64,000 bases of DNA from Halobacteriovoraceae bacterium. GTDB taxonomy: Bacteria > Bdellovibrionota > Bacteriovoracia > Bacteriovoracales > Bacteriovoracaceae. The position numbers and the translations under genes are program-made. The stretch is taken from assembly GCA_963719505.1 (NCBI GenBank), contig CAVRCF010000001.1:1088001-1152000 (forward strand), in the 5' to 3' direction. This document shows, piece after piece, positions 9,876 to 19,839 of the stretch. The notes beneath the pieces were generated by a model that saw nothing but the letters and a program-made list of their open reading frames with translations, did no database searches and was not told the origin of the DNA. Position 1 is the stretch's first letter, and every line of letters begins with the position of its first letter.

Positions 9876-10265
9876 CTCAACAGGGGTAGCATGGGTTTTA
9901 GCGACTTTCTCTACTGAGGCTTTAAACTCAGCTTTCGGAATGATAATATCGAGAGCACTAATCATGTGATTGAGCGTCAATTTGCACCCTTCCGAACAAA
10001 CAAAATCACATGAAGTCAGCTCAATCGTTCTAATCGTGCTTTGATTTGTGAAAGTCGAATACCAAGAAAAATACTCGTCTAAAACCTTTTCAAAAGCTGT
10101 TATTAACTGAGCAGTGCTATCGGACTGGAGATTGAAGATAAATTGACTCGTCGGCTTAGCTTTTCCATTAAACGAAACTTTAACCACTCCACGATGAGCA
10201 ATTTTTAATGTAGGATTTAAACAGACTGGACAATACATCAGACTATTATGGCAGAAAGATAACAC
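9864..10265 (-). CDS. Hypothetical Cys-motif (possible Zn-binding) protein
   Basis: CPVC and CDFVCSEGC; likely start at MYCPVC. Confidence 0.65.
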   Translation of the reverse strand: MLSFCHNSLMYCPVCLNPTLKIAHRGVVKVSFNGKAKPTSQFIFNLQSDSTAQLITAFEKVLDEYFSWYSTFTNQSTIRTIELTSCDFVCSEGCKLTLNHMISALDIIIPKAEFKASVEKVAKTHATPVELQR

Positions 10266-10281
10266 CTGTAAAGGGGAAGAA

Positions 10282-11136
10282 ATGATTGCTGAAAAAGAAA
10301 AAATTGAAACCTTTGATGGACTAAAGCTAGAGGCGTCAATTGTGGAAAACGGAAGCCCCGTATGGTTGGTTATTACTCATGGCCTGGGGGAGCATTCTGA
10401 TCGCCACTCGTATATGGATCGAAACTTCTTACAATATTTTAATATTTGCCGCTACGATCTTCGGGGTCATGGCAATAGTGATGGGAAAAGGGTGAGTGTT
10501 GACTCTTTTACAGATTACACAAAAGACCTCGATGTCGTTTTAAATTATTTAAAAACTAAATTTCAGATGAAGCGCTATATCCTTTTTGGACATTCGATGG
10601 GGGCTTTGATTACGGCTTCATACATGCAAAAAATAGCGAGCACTCACTTTTATCCAGAGAAAGTTTTCTTAAGCGGACCACCGGTTGCTGCCCCTGGTGC
10701 TTTGGGAAGCTTTTTTCATCTTGCTCCACTGGGAGTCAGTAAAACTTTGAGTAAACTAGGCTTCTCTATCGCTTTAGGAGGAATGTTGGATATAAAGAAG
10801 CTATCTCACGACCCAAGAGTGTACGAAGCTTATATAAGGGATCCAAAAAACTGTTTAAAAATTGAAACAAAACTCTTTTTTAGTATTCTTGCTGAGTCTA
10901 AAGAGGTTTTCTCCAGAAAGCTGAGAGTATCATGTCCTCTTTATGTCGCAGTTGGAACCAAGGACAAACTTATTGACCCAGATCGGGCCATTGATTATTT
11001 TAAACAGACAGAGAAAAATGCGAGTCTTCTAGAAGTTAAAGATGGCTATCACGAACTCCACAATGAAATTGGCAAATTTAAAAAGCCTTATATGAAATTT
11101 TTGAAAGATTCACTTCTAGAATCTATTTATTCATAA
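10282..11136 (+). CDS. Lysophospholipase / alpha-beta hydrolase
   Basis: HGLGEH, DLRGHG, GHSMG nucleophile, catalytic YHE. Confidence 0.92.
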   Translation: MIAEKEKIETFDGLKLEASIVENGSPVWLVITHGLGEHSDRHSYMDRNFLQYFNICRYDLRGHGNSDGKRVSVDSFTDYTKDLDVVLNYLKTKFQMKRYILFGHSMGALITASYMQKIASTHFYPEKVFLSGPPVAAPGALGSFFHLAPLGVSKTLSKLGFSIALGGMLDIKKLSHDPRVYEAYIRDPKNCLKIETKLFFSILAESKEVFSRKLRVSCPLYVAVGTKDKLIDPDRAIDYFKQTEKNASLLEVKDGYHELHNEIGKFKKPYMKFLKDSLLESIYS

Positions 11137-12376
11137 GCGTTTTAATGAATTTGACTCTCTCGATAGCAGGCGGATGAGAGTGATAGAATTTTGTATATAT
11201 TGGACTTGGTGTAAGAGTACTTGAATTGTCCTTATACATTTTTAAAAGAGCGCTAATAAGCTTTTGGCCATCAGCGAAATGCGTGGCAAACTGATCGGCC
11301 TCGTACTCATTTTTTCGTGAAAGCCAGCTTCCAATAGGTGTGAAAAAATAGGTCATTAGTGGAACAAGAAAAATAAAAAGTATAATAGTAATATGAGAAG
11401 ACTGTTGCAAGGCAAAGGCATCATAGAGAGAATCTAGTTCAACCGCTAGATATAATAAATAAAAGCCCACACCCGTAAATACTGTACTCATCACCATCGA
11501 CTTCATAATGTGTTTCTTTTTGAGGTGTCCTAGTTCATGGGCCAAGACAGCTATCACTTCTGAGTGCGTAAGACTTTTTAAAAGAGTGTCAAAAAAAACG
11601 ATTCGTTTATTTTTTCCAAAACCAGTAAAATAGGCATTACCGTGAGAACTTCTTAAAGATGCATTCATGACATAGTAGTCTTTAAACTCGAGATCAATAT
11701 CATCACTTAACTTTTCAATCTGATGAGTTAAGTTTTCGTCATCTAATTTTTCAAACTTATTAAAAAGAGGAGAGATAAATTTTGGATAAGCCCATATAAG
11801 AATAAACTGAAAAACAACTAGAGATACCCAACTGATGGCCCACCAAGTTTTTTCGAAATTCTCGATAAAAAGGAGAATACCAAGTAACAGTGGAGTCATT
11901 AAAACAATGGATAAAATAAACTGTTTTATGAGATCAGCAATAAAAATTTTTGGTGTTGTTTTATTAAATCCATATTTTTGCTCAATAACAAAAGTTGAGT
12001 AAATGGACTCTGGAATATTCAAGAAAATAGATATGAGTAAAAAGCCACCAAAAAAATACAAACTTTGATAAAGGGGGTCACTACTTAGAGTTGAGGTCAA
12101 TTCATTGAGCTTTTTTACTCCACCCAACGGAAGCCATGCGAGGAGTAAAGCAAAGTGATAAAAAGTGGTTGCGATACTAAATTTAAGTTTTGTTATGGAA
12201 TATGACGCAGCTTTTTGATGATCTGCAAGGTTAATAAAATCTGAGAACTGGGAAGGAACCAATGACTGATTTTTCTTAATATGTCTGATATTTATCAAGA
12301 TAAGAATTACTTTTATAATTAGGCCAAGGGTGGCAAGATAGTAAAAAATTGAAAGAATAACGTCTGAATTAATCAC
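11123..12376 (-). CDS. M48 (Ste24-like) membrane zinc endopeptidase
   Basis: Multiple TMs, NAYFTG, AHELGH, EYEAD, SHP. Confidence 0.95.
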   Translation of the reverse strand: MINSDVILSIFYYLATLGLIIKVILILINIRHIKKNQSLVPSQFSDFINLADHQKAASYSITKLKFSIATTFYHFALLLAWLPLGGVKKLNELTSTLSSDPLYQSLYFFGGFLLISIFLNIPESIYSTFVIEQKYGFNKTTPKIFIADLIKQFILSIVLMTPLLLGILLFIENFEKTWWAISWVSLVVFQFILIWAYPKFISPLFNKFEKLDDENLTHQIEKLSDDIDLEFKDYYVMNASLRSSHGNAYFTGFGKNKRIVFFDTLLKSLTHSEVIAVLAHELGHLKKKHIMKSMVMSTVFTGVGFYLLYLAVELDSLYDAFALQQSSHITIILFIFLVPLMTYFFTPIGSWLSRKNEYEADQFATHFADGQKLISALLKMYKDNSSTLTPSPIYTKFYHSHPPAIERVKFIKTLMNK

Positions 12377-12387
12377 GGGAGTCCTTT

Positions 12388-13122
12388 TTGCAAGTCATTC
12401 AAAAATTTATGAATAATCCTTTGCGAAATTATAACTACATAATCTACAGCGATACGACCAAAGAGGCCATATTTATTGATCCCCTAGATTTATCTCAGAC
12501 TCTACCTTTGAGTCAATCGACAGGACTAGTACCCAAATATCTAATCAATACACACTTTCATCACGATCATATAAAAGACAACGAAGCCTTTCTAAAGCTT
12601 CCTCAAGCTCAGAAGGTTTTACTTAAAAACAAAGAAGTCTTTCAACTAACCGAATCTGAGACTCTCAAAGCATTAGATACGCCAGGACACGTGAGTGAGC
12701 ACAAGTGCTTTCTTTTAAAGGACAGTAGAGGAGAGTTTGGTATTATAGCAGGCGATGCTCTGTTTAATGCTGGAGTAGGCAATTGCAAAAATGGAGGAGA
12801 TGTAGAGACTCACTTCGAAACGATTAATTGGTTATCTCAAAACCTTTCAGATCATTTAAAGTTGTACCCTGGACACGACTATTTACTCAAAAATTTAGAG
12901 TTTGCGATTAACTTAGAGCCAGATAATCAGAGAGTTTTAGACTTAATGGAAAAAAGAAAGTCTCAAGATTTAGACCGAGAGTTTATAAATACTACAATTG
13001 CAGATGAAAGAGAGATTAATCCTTTTTTCAGACTAAATGAACTGCAAAAACGACCTGAATATAAAGATCATACAATTCGAGAAATTTTTATCGATATTAG
13101 AAAGAGAAGAGATAGTTTTTAA
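12388..13122 (+). CDS. gloB: Hydroxyacylglutathione hydrolase (glyoxalase II)
   Basis: THFHHDH, TPGH, GDALF, PGHDY..KNLEFA, NPF. Confidence 0.85.
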   Translation: MQVIQKFMNNPLRNYNYIIYSDTTKEAIFIDPLDLSQTLPLSQSTGLVPKYLINTHFHHDHIKDNEAFLKLPQAQKVLLKNKEVFQLTESETLKALDTPGHVSEHKCFLLKDSRGEFGIIAGDALFNAGVGNCKNGGDVETHFETINWLSQNLSDHLKLYPGHDYLLKNLEFAINLEPDNQRVLDLMEKRKSQDLDREFINTTIADEREINPFFRLNELQKRPEYKDHTIREIFIDIRKRRDSF

Positions 13123-13147
13123 ATAAAAAATAAAATAAGGAGTTAGA

Positions 13148-13621
13148 ATGTCTTTACCAAAAATTGGAAATTTAGCACCAGCTTTCACATTACAAGATCA
13201 AAATGGAGATAAGGTCTCTCTGAAAGACTTTAGAGGGAAAAAGAATGTCGTCGTATATTTTTATCCCAAAGCGATGACTCCAGGATGCACGGTTCAGGCT
13301 TGTGGAATAAGAGATTACAAAAAAGATTTTGCTAAAGTTAAGACAGAAGTTTTGGCCATTAGCCCAGATCCGTTTGAAAGATTAAAAAAATTCGAAGACA
13401 AGCAAGATCTCAATTTCACTCTTTTATCGGATGAGGACCACAAGATTGCAGACAAATATGGTTCATGGGGTCCAAAGCAATTTATGGGAAAAAAGTATGA
13501 TGGGATTTTACGTCAGACTTTTATTATCAATAAAGAGGGGAAACTTGTAGAAATTATGGATAAGGTTAAAACTAAATCACATCACGATGATGTTCTTAAT
13601 TTTATTAAAGAGAATCTGTAA
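13148..13621 (+). CDS. bcp: Thioredoxin-dependent thiol peroxidase
   Basis: YFYPKAMTPGCTVQAC. Confidence 0.95.
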   Translation: MSLPKIGNLAPAFTLQDQNGDKVSLKDFRGKKNVVVYFYPKAMTPGCTVQACGIRDYKKDFAKVKTEVLAISPDPFERLKKFEDKQDLNFTLLSDEDHKIADKYGSWGPKQFMGKKYDGILRQTFIINKEGKLVEIMDKVKTKSHHDDVLNFIKENL

Positions 13622-13892
13622 TTATTTCGTCTGAAACAATCTCAAGCGGATATCTCAACTTAAAATGTTCAAAAATTTGATCCATCTGTTTTGACAATTC
13701 TGGTGTCACGGTGATTTTCACTTGCCTGATGCCAGAGCTTTTCTCCCCCGGTAGGGTAGAATAAAAAGCAATATTGTCGTTGGCTTCCATGGTAAAGTAA
13801 AAGAAGCTTGAATGGGCTTTTTCCAGACTGATAACGATTTGTCTGAGTTTTTTAGTCGTGATAAATGTTTCGATATTGTCGCTGTTTTCCAT
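13605..13892 (-). CDS. Small conserved protein (DUF4911-like)
   Basis: FFYFTMEANDNIAFYSTL pattern. Confidence 0.6.
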   Translation of the reverse strand: MENSDNIETFITTKKLRQIVISLEKAHSSFFYFTMEANDNIAFYSTLPGEKSSGIRQVKITVTPELSKQMDQIFEHFKLRYPLEIVSDEIITDSL

Positions 13893-13908
13893 AGATCGTT
13901 AAATAACA

Positions 13909-13938
13909 TTGACTTAGCATCTTCTCAAGCCTTAAAAT
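13909..13938 (+). promoter_or_regulatory. sigma70-type promoter of the TPR-LysM-DUF368 cluster
   Basis: TTGACT-N18-TAAAAT. Confidence 0.5.
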
Positions 13939-13989
13939 AATATATAAAGCAGCGCATTTTCACCGCTAGTAGTCATGGAGGACTATAAA

Positions 13990-14721
13990 ATGAAATCAAC
14001 TGTAAAGCTATCCTTATGTCTCGCCGCACTATCAGCGACTTCTGGCTGTTCATCATGGATTGAGTCTTCTAGAAAATTAATTGATGACGAAGAAGCTAAA
14101 CAGGCAAGTGAGCGTCAAAAAGTAGAATCCAAGTGGGTTAAGCGTGAACAATACAATGATCTTTTAGCAAAATACAATAACCTCGCAGATAAAAATGAAG
14201 CTTTAACCCAGCAAAGCATGGAGACGAAGCCGAGTTTTGATCAAATTGATGAACTCTCGAAGTCGACAGCTCAGGCAAGTAAACCCGTTATTAATAACTC
14301 AAACACTGAGACCGTCGATGTATTTGGTGATGGTGGCCTTGCCAACGAAGTCGAGAAGCTCTCTTCTGATGTGGAAACAGGCTCAATTTCAAGAGAACTT
14401 AAGACATACAAAAAAGCTATGGCGCTTAAAGACAGCGGAAGAGTTGACGATGCTTTAAGGATTTTCCAATTCTTGGAAAAGTCCAACTTCGAGCAAATTC
14501 AAGTGAGAGCGCGCATGGAGATTGGATCGATTTATCTCGATAAAAATCAATACGATCTCTCTCTCCAAGTTTTTGAAAAAGTCATTACTTCCAATGCATT
14601 CTCTGGAAAAGTTTTAGATGCACTAAGAGGGGCAGCTGAATCATCGGATGGCCTTGGTCTAACGGATAAAAAATTAAGATATCAATCAATGTTAAAAGAT
14701 TTCTTCGGAATCCAAAGCTAG
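13990..14721 (+). CDS. TPR lipoprotein (CpoB/YbgF-like)
   Basis: GGAGG then ATG at 13990; lipobox TSGC, coiled coil, C-terminal TPRs. Confidence 0.75.
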   Translation: MKSTVKLSLCLAALSATSGCSSWIESSRKLIDDEEAKQASERQKVESKWVKREQYNDLLAKYNNLADKNEALTQQSMETKPSFDQIDELSKSTAQASKPVINNSNTETVDVFGDGGLANEVEKLSSDVETGSISRELKTYKKAMALKDSGRVDDALRIFQFLEKSNFEQIQVRARMEIGSIYLDKNQYDLSLQVFEKVITSNAFSGKVLDALRGAAESSDGLGLTDKKLRYQSMLKDFFGIQS

Positions 14722-14728
14722 GAAGTAT

Positions 14729-16825
14729 TTGAATCGTAAACTGAAAAATACATTTATTTTACTGGGATTAGCCTTGTCTTTGCAAGGTTACTCACAAGTT
14801 CCCCTAGACTTAGAACTAGAGGACCCAGAGGATATGGAGCTTCTTCTCGAAGAGTTTCCCGAGGAAAAGTCAGTTAATGCCATTGCTGAACCATCTAAAA
14901 CGAGCAATGAAGATCAACTTGAATCCTTGAAAGATGACTTGGGTGATCTCGAGTTTACACTTCCGGAAGAGGATGCAAAAGATATTGCCAATGAATTGAA
15001 CAAAGGCACAAAACCCAAAATTATGGGGGCCAATGATAAGGGAAACCTTTTAATTTTTGATGTTGGTCGCGAAGAAAAAGAACTTTTAGAAGTCGCAAAA
15101 AATATGCAAGGTAAAATACCAGTAAATGAGTGGAAGGAAATTGCCTCTGTTAGCTCAAAGTCTTCTTACACCGTTGTCAGAGGTGATTGGCTTTGGAAAA
15201 TTTCTCAACGTATCTTTGGTTCCGGATTTTACTACTCAAAAATATGGTCACTAAACCCTTATATTACAAATCCTCATGAGATTGAGCCAGGTATGATTCT
15301 GTCTTTTAGCACAGGGTCTGCAAACTCATTGCCTTCCATTTCCGTTTCCCAAAATGGCCAGATTGTTGGTATGAACAAAAATAGACGTGGCACTAGAGAC
15401 AATGAATTTGATAAATGGGGAGACGATGCAAAACCTGATTGGTTGATAGAAAAAGAGAAGCTTAAAGAAGAAAATGTTTTTGTTCAATACTCATCACTTG
15501 AAACTGACGAAGACTTAAAACAAATTAGTAATCAAAGCCTCATCAAAGAATACGAAGCTTATGAGCCACCAAGGCCTGATTTTGAAATAGAAATACCGAC
15601 AGAGCAATACGACGACTCTGGTTTTGATAAGAATGCAAAAGTTAGCTTTAACTTCAAAGAAGGATTTTACTTAAATACCTTCATCTCCACAAATGTTGTT
15701 CAAGACTTTGGTAAAGTAGATTCAGCTATCTCTGAGCAGGGAATTTTTAATAAGTACGATAAAATTTATATTAAGTTTGATGATAGCATTAATGTCGTGG
15801 AAGGCGACAAGTTCTCCATCTATAAATCTGAAGGGCAAGTCTCTCATAGAAACTCTGACAGAACGGGAACTAAATATACAATCGTTGGAAGTATTCAAAC
15901 AATCAATAAACAAGATGATCTTTGGAATTGTGAAATTATTGAGTCTTCTGGACTTGTAGCAAGAAATGATAGAGTTACTGTCTACACACCAAAAATTGAA
16001 AGAATAACTAAAACATTCAACTCAAGACTTATAGAGTCTGTTCTTATCGCTGGTTTTAGAAAAAGAAGTGATGTTGCCTCTTTTGGAGATGTTGTTTATT
16101 TGGATCGTGGTCGTGCTGACGGCGTAGAGATGGGTAATGTTTTTGAAATATACGGATTTAAAGATAGAGGAACTGGAAAAAATATTTCAGATAACCCAAC
16201 CTATAAAAATGGAGAAGCTATTGTCATCAGTCTTACTGATAACTTTGCAACAGCTCTCATCAGTCAAAGTGTAAGAGACTTCCTCATTGGGGATCTTGCC
16301 ATTACAAAGACAAAAGAAGCTGCAGCAAGGGCCCTTAATTTAAAGTCAAGAATAGAGTCTGGGGAAGCTTCGAGGCTTGAGGATCAAGCTCTTGAAAATT
16401 TAGATGTTGAATTAAATATTGATGATCTTAATGACTCGTTACTAGATAAAGCGGATAAGATTCAATTTACGGAAGATGAACTCGCAGAATTAGAGAGACA
16501 AGAACGTGAAAAATCAATTATGACTGAAGGTGAGAAAGATCTTAGATCACTAGAGAGACTTGAAAGTGAAATTGAGACGGCTGAAAAAATGCTAAACGAA
16601 GCAAGACTTGATGAAGACAAGCTTCTTGAGAATCAGAATCTTGATACCATGGAGAAAAGCCTTCTTTATAATCAACAAGAGTCTCTTGATGAAATAGAAG
16701 AAAACTTTGGTAAACGTTATCTTGATGAAGATCTTAACGATAAAGACAATCCTTATGGCCTGACAGAATTTGATATCGAAGAAATTGATGAGCTTCTCAA
16801 CGTCGAAAAAGAATTAGAGGAATAA
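14729..16825 (+). CDS. LysM protein, TsaP-like, with acidic N- and C-terminal extensions
   Basis: YTVVRGDWLWKIS..IWSLNPYITNPHEIEPG; DVVYLDRGRADG; D/E-rich tail. Confidence 0.8.
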   Translation: MNRKLKNTFILLGLALSLQGYSQVPLDLELEDPEDMELLLEEFPEEKSVNAIAEPSKTSNEDQLESLKDDLGDLEFTLPEEDAKDIANELNKGTKPKIMGANDKGNLLIFDVGREEKELLEVAKNMQGKIPVNEWKEIASVSSKSSYTVVRGDWLWKISQRIFGSGFYYSKIWSLNPYITNPHEIEPGMILSFSTGSANSLPSISVSQNGQIVGMNKNRRGTRDNEFDKWGDDAKPDWLIEKEKLKEENVFVQYSSLETDEDLKQISNQSLIKEYEAYEPPRPDFEIEIPTEQYDDSGFDKNAKVSFNFKEGFYLNTFISTNVVQDFGKVDSAISEQGIFNKYDKIYIKFDDSINVVEGDKFSIYKSEGQVSHRNSDRTGTKYTIVGSIQTINKQDDLWNCEIIESSGLVARNDRVTVYTPKIERITKTFNSRLIESVLIAGFRKRSDVASFGDVVYLDRGRADGVEMGNVFEIYGFKDRGTGKNISDNPTYKNGEAIVISLTDNFATALISQSVRDFLIGDLAITKTKEAAARALNLKSRIESGEASRLEDQALENLDVELNIDDLNDSLLDKADKIQFTEDELAELERQEREKSIMTEGEKDLRSLERLESEIETAEKMLNEARLDEDKLLENQNLDTMEKSLLYNQQESLDEIEENFGKRYLDEDLNDKDNPYGLTEFDIEEIDELLNVEKELEE

Positions 16826-16826
16826 G

Positions 16827-17729
16827 ATGCTCGTTTTAATGCTTAAAGGTTTTGCTATGGGCTTAGCCGATATCGTTCCAGGAGTCTCAGGTGGTACGGT
16901 AGCCTTTATTACGGGTATCTATGACAGGCTTATCGCATCTATAAGTTCAGTTAATACAACATTTTTAAAACTCATACTTTCTTTTAAAATAAAAGAAAGT
17001 CTTGAACATATTAACTTCAAATTTTTAGCACCTCTATTATTTGGAATTGGGATTGCCATTATTTCAATGAGTAGGGTTATGCATTTTTTAATGAACAATT
17101 ATGCTGTTCAGACATGGTCCCTCTTTTTTGGTTTAATCATCGCCTCAATCATCTATATTGGTAAACAAATCGATGATATTAAAAGTCCAAAAAATATAAT
17201 GTCCCTCGTCTCAGGTGTCGTCGTTGGGGTAGGGGTTGTCTCTCTCATACCTGTAGAAACTCCTTCTTCACCTCTTTATCTCTTTTTCTCCGGAGCCATC
17301 GCCATTTGTGCTATGATTTTGCCTGGTATTAGTGGGTCATTCCTTCTTCTTATTCTTGGAAAATACGCCTTTATTACAGGCGCTCTAAAGAGTCCCTTTG
17401 TGGGAGATAATCTTTTCAGTATTGGTGTCTTTTCCATCGGTTGTCTCGTTGGCATTTTATCTTTTTCAAAGCTTCTAAATTATCTATTAAAGCATTATCG
17501 AAATACAATGATGGCCTGCTTAACGGGTTTTATGATTGGTTCATTAAAGAAGATATGGCCATGGAAAGAAGTGTTGGAGTCAAAGGTTATAAGAGGTAAA
17601 ACATACGTACTATCTGAGGCGAATATTATACCCCACAAGCTTGATGCAACTGTATTAACTGCACTGGGTCTTATGATTTTTGGCTTTATCTTAGTATTTG
17701 CTATTGAGAGATTATCTCAAAAAGATTAA
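16827..17729 (+). CDS. DUF368 membrane protein (undecaprenyl-phosphate translocase family)
   Basis: MGLADIVPGVSGGT and AMILPGISGS repeats. Confidence 0.92.
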   Translation: MLVLMLKGFAMGLADIVPGVSGGTVAFITGIYDRLIASISSVNTTFLKLILSFKIKESLEHINFKFLAPLLFGIGIAIISMSRVMHFLMNNYAVQTWSLFFGLIIASIIYIGKQIDDIKSPKNIMSLVSGVVVGVGVVSLIPVETPSSPLYLFFSGAIAICAMILPGISGSFLLLILGKYAFITGALKSPFVGDNLFSIGVFSIGCLVGILSFSKLLNYLLKHYRNTMMACLTGFMIGSLKKIWPWKEVLESKVIRGKTYVLSEANIIPHKLDATVLTALGLMIFGFILVFAIERLSQKD

Positions 17730-17749
17730 AGTATAAAGACAATCACCAC

Positions 17750-17826
17750 GGGGTCTTAGCTCAGCTGGATAGAGTAGTTGGCTTCGAACCAATTGGTCGG
17801 GGGTTCGAATCCCTCAGGCCCCGCCA
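17750..17826 (+). tRNA. tRNA-Arg, anticodon TCG
   Basis: Acceptor GGGGTCT/AGGCCCC-G-CCA; D arm; anticodon arm GTTGG-CTTCGAA-CCAAT; T loop TTCGAAT. Confidence 0.96.
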
Positions 17827-17889
17827 TAAATCTATATTTTTCTCAAATTACAGAAAATTCAAACTTTATATTTATTGTATAAACTAGTT

Positions 17890-19032
17890 TTAATACCCAG
17901 GTACTGAGGCAATTTTACTATAATCTAGTGTCGTCTCATACAGAGAATCATTGTAAAAGCTTGTTAATCTTAAGTCATGTTTCTCTGCAAGGCTTGTAGC
18001 GATTTTCTCTCCGATTCCTGAATTTGACTTGTACTGACTAGAAAAGGGTGAATTGATCGTAAGCTTATCTTCTAAAATTCTTATAAAAATTTTGTGTGAG
18101 TCATTTTGTGAAGAGGCTAGAGCCTTTACACTGTTTGAAAGAATACTTATTAGGATAGATTCAAAGTCTTGTTGGATGATATTTATCGATTTTTTTCGCG
18201 CTCCTTCTATTTTATATTGATTTGGTGAAATCTTTAACAATTGGATTACTTTCTCTACTGCATCAAAGATCTGTATGCTCTGAAGGTTAGTATTAGCGAT
18301 CAAATTAAAAGAATTGAGGTAAAGATGTATGTCGTTTAAATTTTTTTGAGCCGATTCGACAGATTCTTTAATATCGATATTTCTTCTAAGCCCATCTTCA
18401 ATATTATCGACTATTATAAACTGAGACGATAAGAGTCCTTTTATATTGTGAGCAAAAATATTTAGTTCATTTCCAATAAGTGAGAACCTTTCTCGAAACT
18501 CCATCTCATTTTGGCGAGTTATCGAATGCCCCTTGAATAGATAAAAAAATATTGCAAAAAATTCAACAAAGATGATGATATAATCGCCTATATCTTCTTC
18601 TCTGGCTAAGGGAAAAGCACCTTGAGATTTTTGGAACTGTATGGTCAAAATGGAAATACCACCGAAGAGGATTACAGGAAAGAATATTATAGGTTTCGGT
18701 CTGTAAAAAAGAATAATTCCAAGTGTACAGACGATGAATGCAAAAAAATATAAGGGAGAAAATAATTCTCCAACAACTGAAAAAAGAGTGACTAGTAAGC
18801 AGACTAAAAAATGATGAAGAGAGCTCTTAGGTTTTCTGGTTAAATAAAACATAACAGGTAGAGCAAGTATTATTAGTGTAATCTTTGAGAAAAAAAATAT
18901 AATTTTTAAGTCACTGTGTATTAATCTTTGTTCATATAAAAAGAATATGCTTGTGCAAGATATATACAAAAGCATTGCTATAAAAGCGTCTTTTTGTTCA
19001 TCATTTTTGATATATTTAGGTAATAACCTCAT
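17890..19032 (-). CDS. Multi-TM sensor histidine kinase with an abbreviated HATPase domain
   Basis: About 5-6 TMs, H-box FAHNIKG, N-box ILSNSVKA, SGIG; likely start MRLLPK overlapping the regulator's end. Confidence 0.75.
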   Translation of the reverse strand: MRLLPKYIKNDEQKDAFIAMLLYISCTSIFFLYEQRLIHSDLKIIFFFSKITLIILALPVMFYLTRKPKSSLHHFLVCLLVTLFSVVGELFSPLYFFAFIVCTLGIILFYRPKPIIFFPVILFGGISILTIQFQKSQGAFPLAREEDIGDYIIIFVEFFAIFFYLFKGHSITRQNEMEFRERFSLIGNELNIFAHNIKGLLSSQFIIVDNIEDGLRRNIDIKESVESAQKNLNDIHLYLNSFNLIANTNLQSIQIFDAVEKVIQLLKISPNQYKIEGARKKSINIIQQDFESILISILSNSVKALASSQNDSHKIFIRILEDKLTINSPFSSQYKSNSGIGEKIATSLAEKHDLRLTSFYNDSLYETTLDYSKIASVPGY

Positions 19033-19654
19033 AAATATAGCCTTTGCCCCTAATAGAAACAATTTCGTCGCTGAGACTCGGTAGCTTCTTTCTTAAATTG
19101 GATATATGTGTATTGACAGCGTTTATTGCTTTTATATCATTGTTGTAGATATGCTGATGTAACTCTTCTTTAAAAATTAATTTGCCAGGAAATTTGAGAA
19201 GAAGGGATAAAATTTTAAATTCAATATCAGTCAACTTTGTTTCAACTCCATCAATTTTAATTGAACTCATAGAAGGATTTAAAATCCTAGTATTCGTCGC
19301 AGGTGGGGATAGGCTCTCAATCATACTTATGAGTTCAAGAACTCTAAAAGGCTTTTCAATAAACCTATCAACTCCACAATTGACAGCCGCGATTGCTAGC
19401 TCTTTTGAAGAGTGAGCTGTCATGAGTATAAATTTGGGAGGAGTAAAGTTTTGTTTTAGTCGGCTCAGAACTTGAAGTCCATTACTTATGCCCAAGTTAT
19501 AGTCTTGAACTACGATATCATATGAGTGATTATCGATGGCTTGCAATGCATCGGCAAGTGAGTACGCACTTTTTGTGTAGAATCCTCTGCCCTTCAATGC
19601 TTTATCAAGATTATTTGTAAAAAAAATATCATCATCAACGATTAATATTCTCAT
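19016..19654 (-). CDS. OmpR-family response regulator
   Basis: ILIVDDD, VQDYNL, EKPF, HISNLRKK, IRGKGY. Confidence 0.92.
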   Translation of the reverse strand: MRILIVDDDIFFTNNLDKALKGRGFYTKSAYSLADALQAIDNHSYDIVVQDYNLGISNGLQVLSRLKQNFTPPKFILMTAHSSKELAIAAVNCGVDRFIEKPFRVLELISMIESLSPPATNTRILNPSMSSIKIDGVETKLTDIEFKILSLLLKFPGKLIFKEELHQHIYNNDIKAINAVNTHISNLRKKLPSLSDEIVSIRGKGYIYEVIT

Positions 19655-19839
19655 AATTTAGACTCTCGCTTAATTTTTTTTTATTAAACCTTGGTGCATA
19701 TCAATCTTCAAGCTTTATTAGACTATGTTGCGGCGCAGTTGTTGACTCGGCTTTATTCTTGAACAAATCTTGAATATCTTAACTCTAGATTTCTAGCATA
19801 ATAACACTATCAACAAAAAATAATATCAGGAGGATATTA

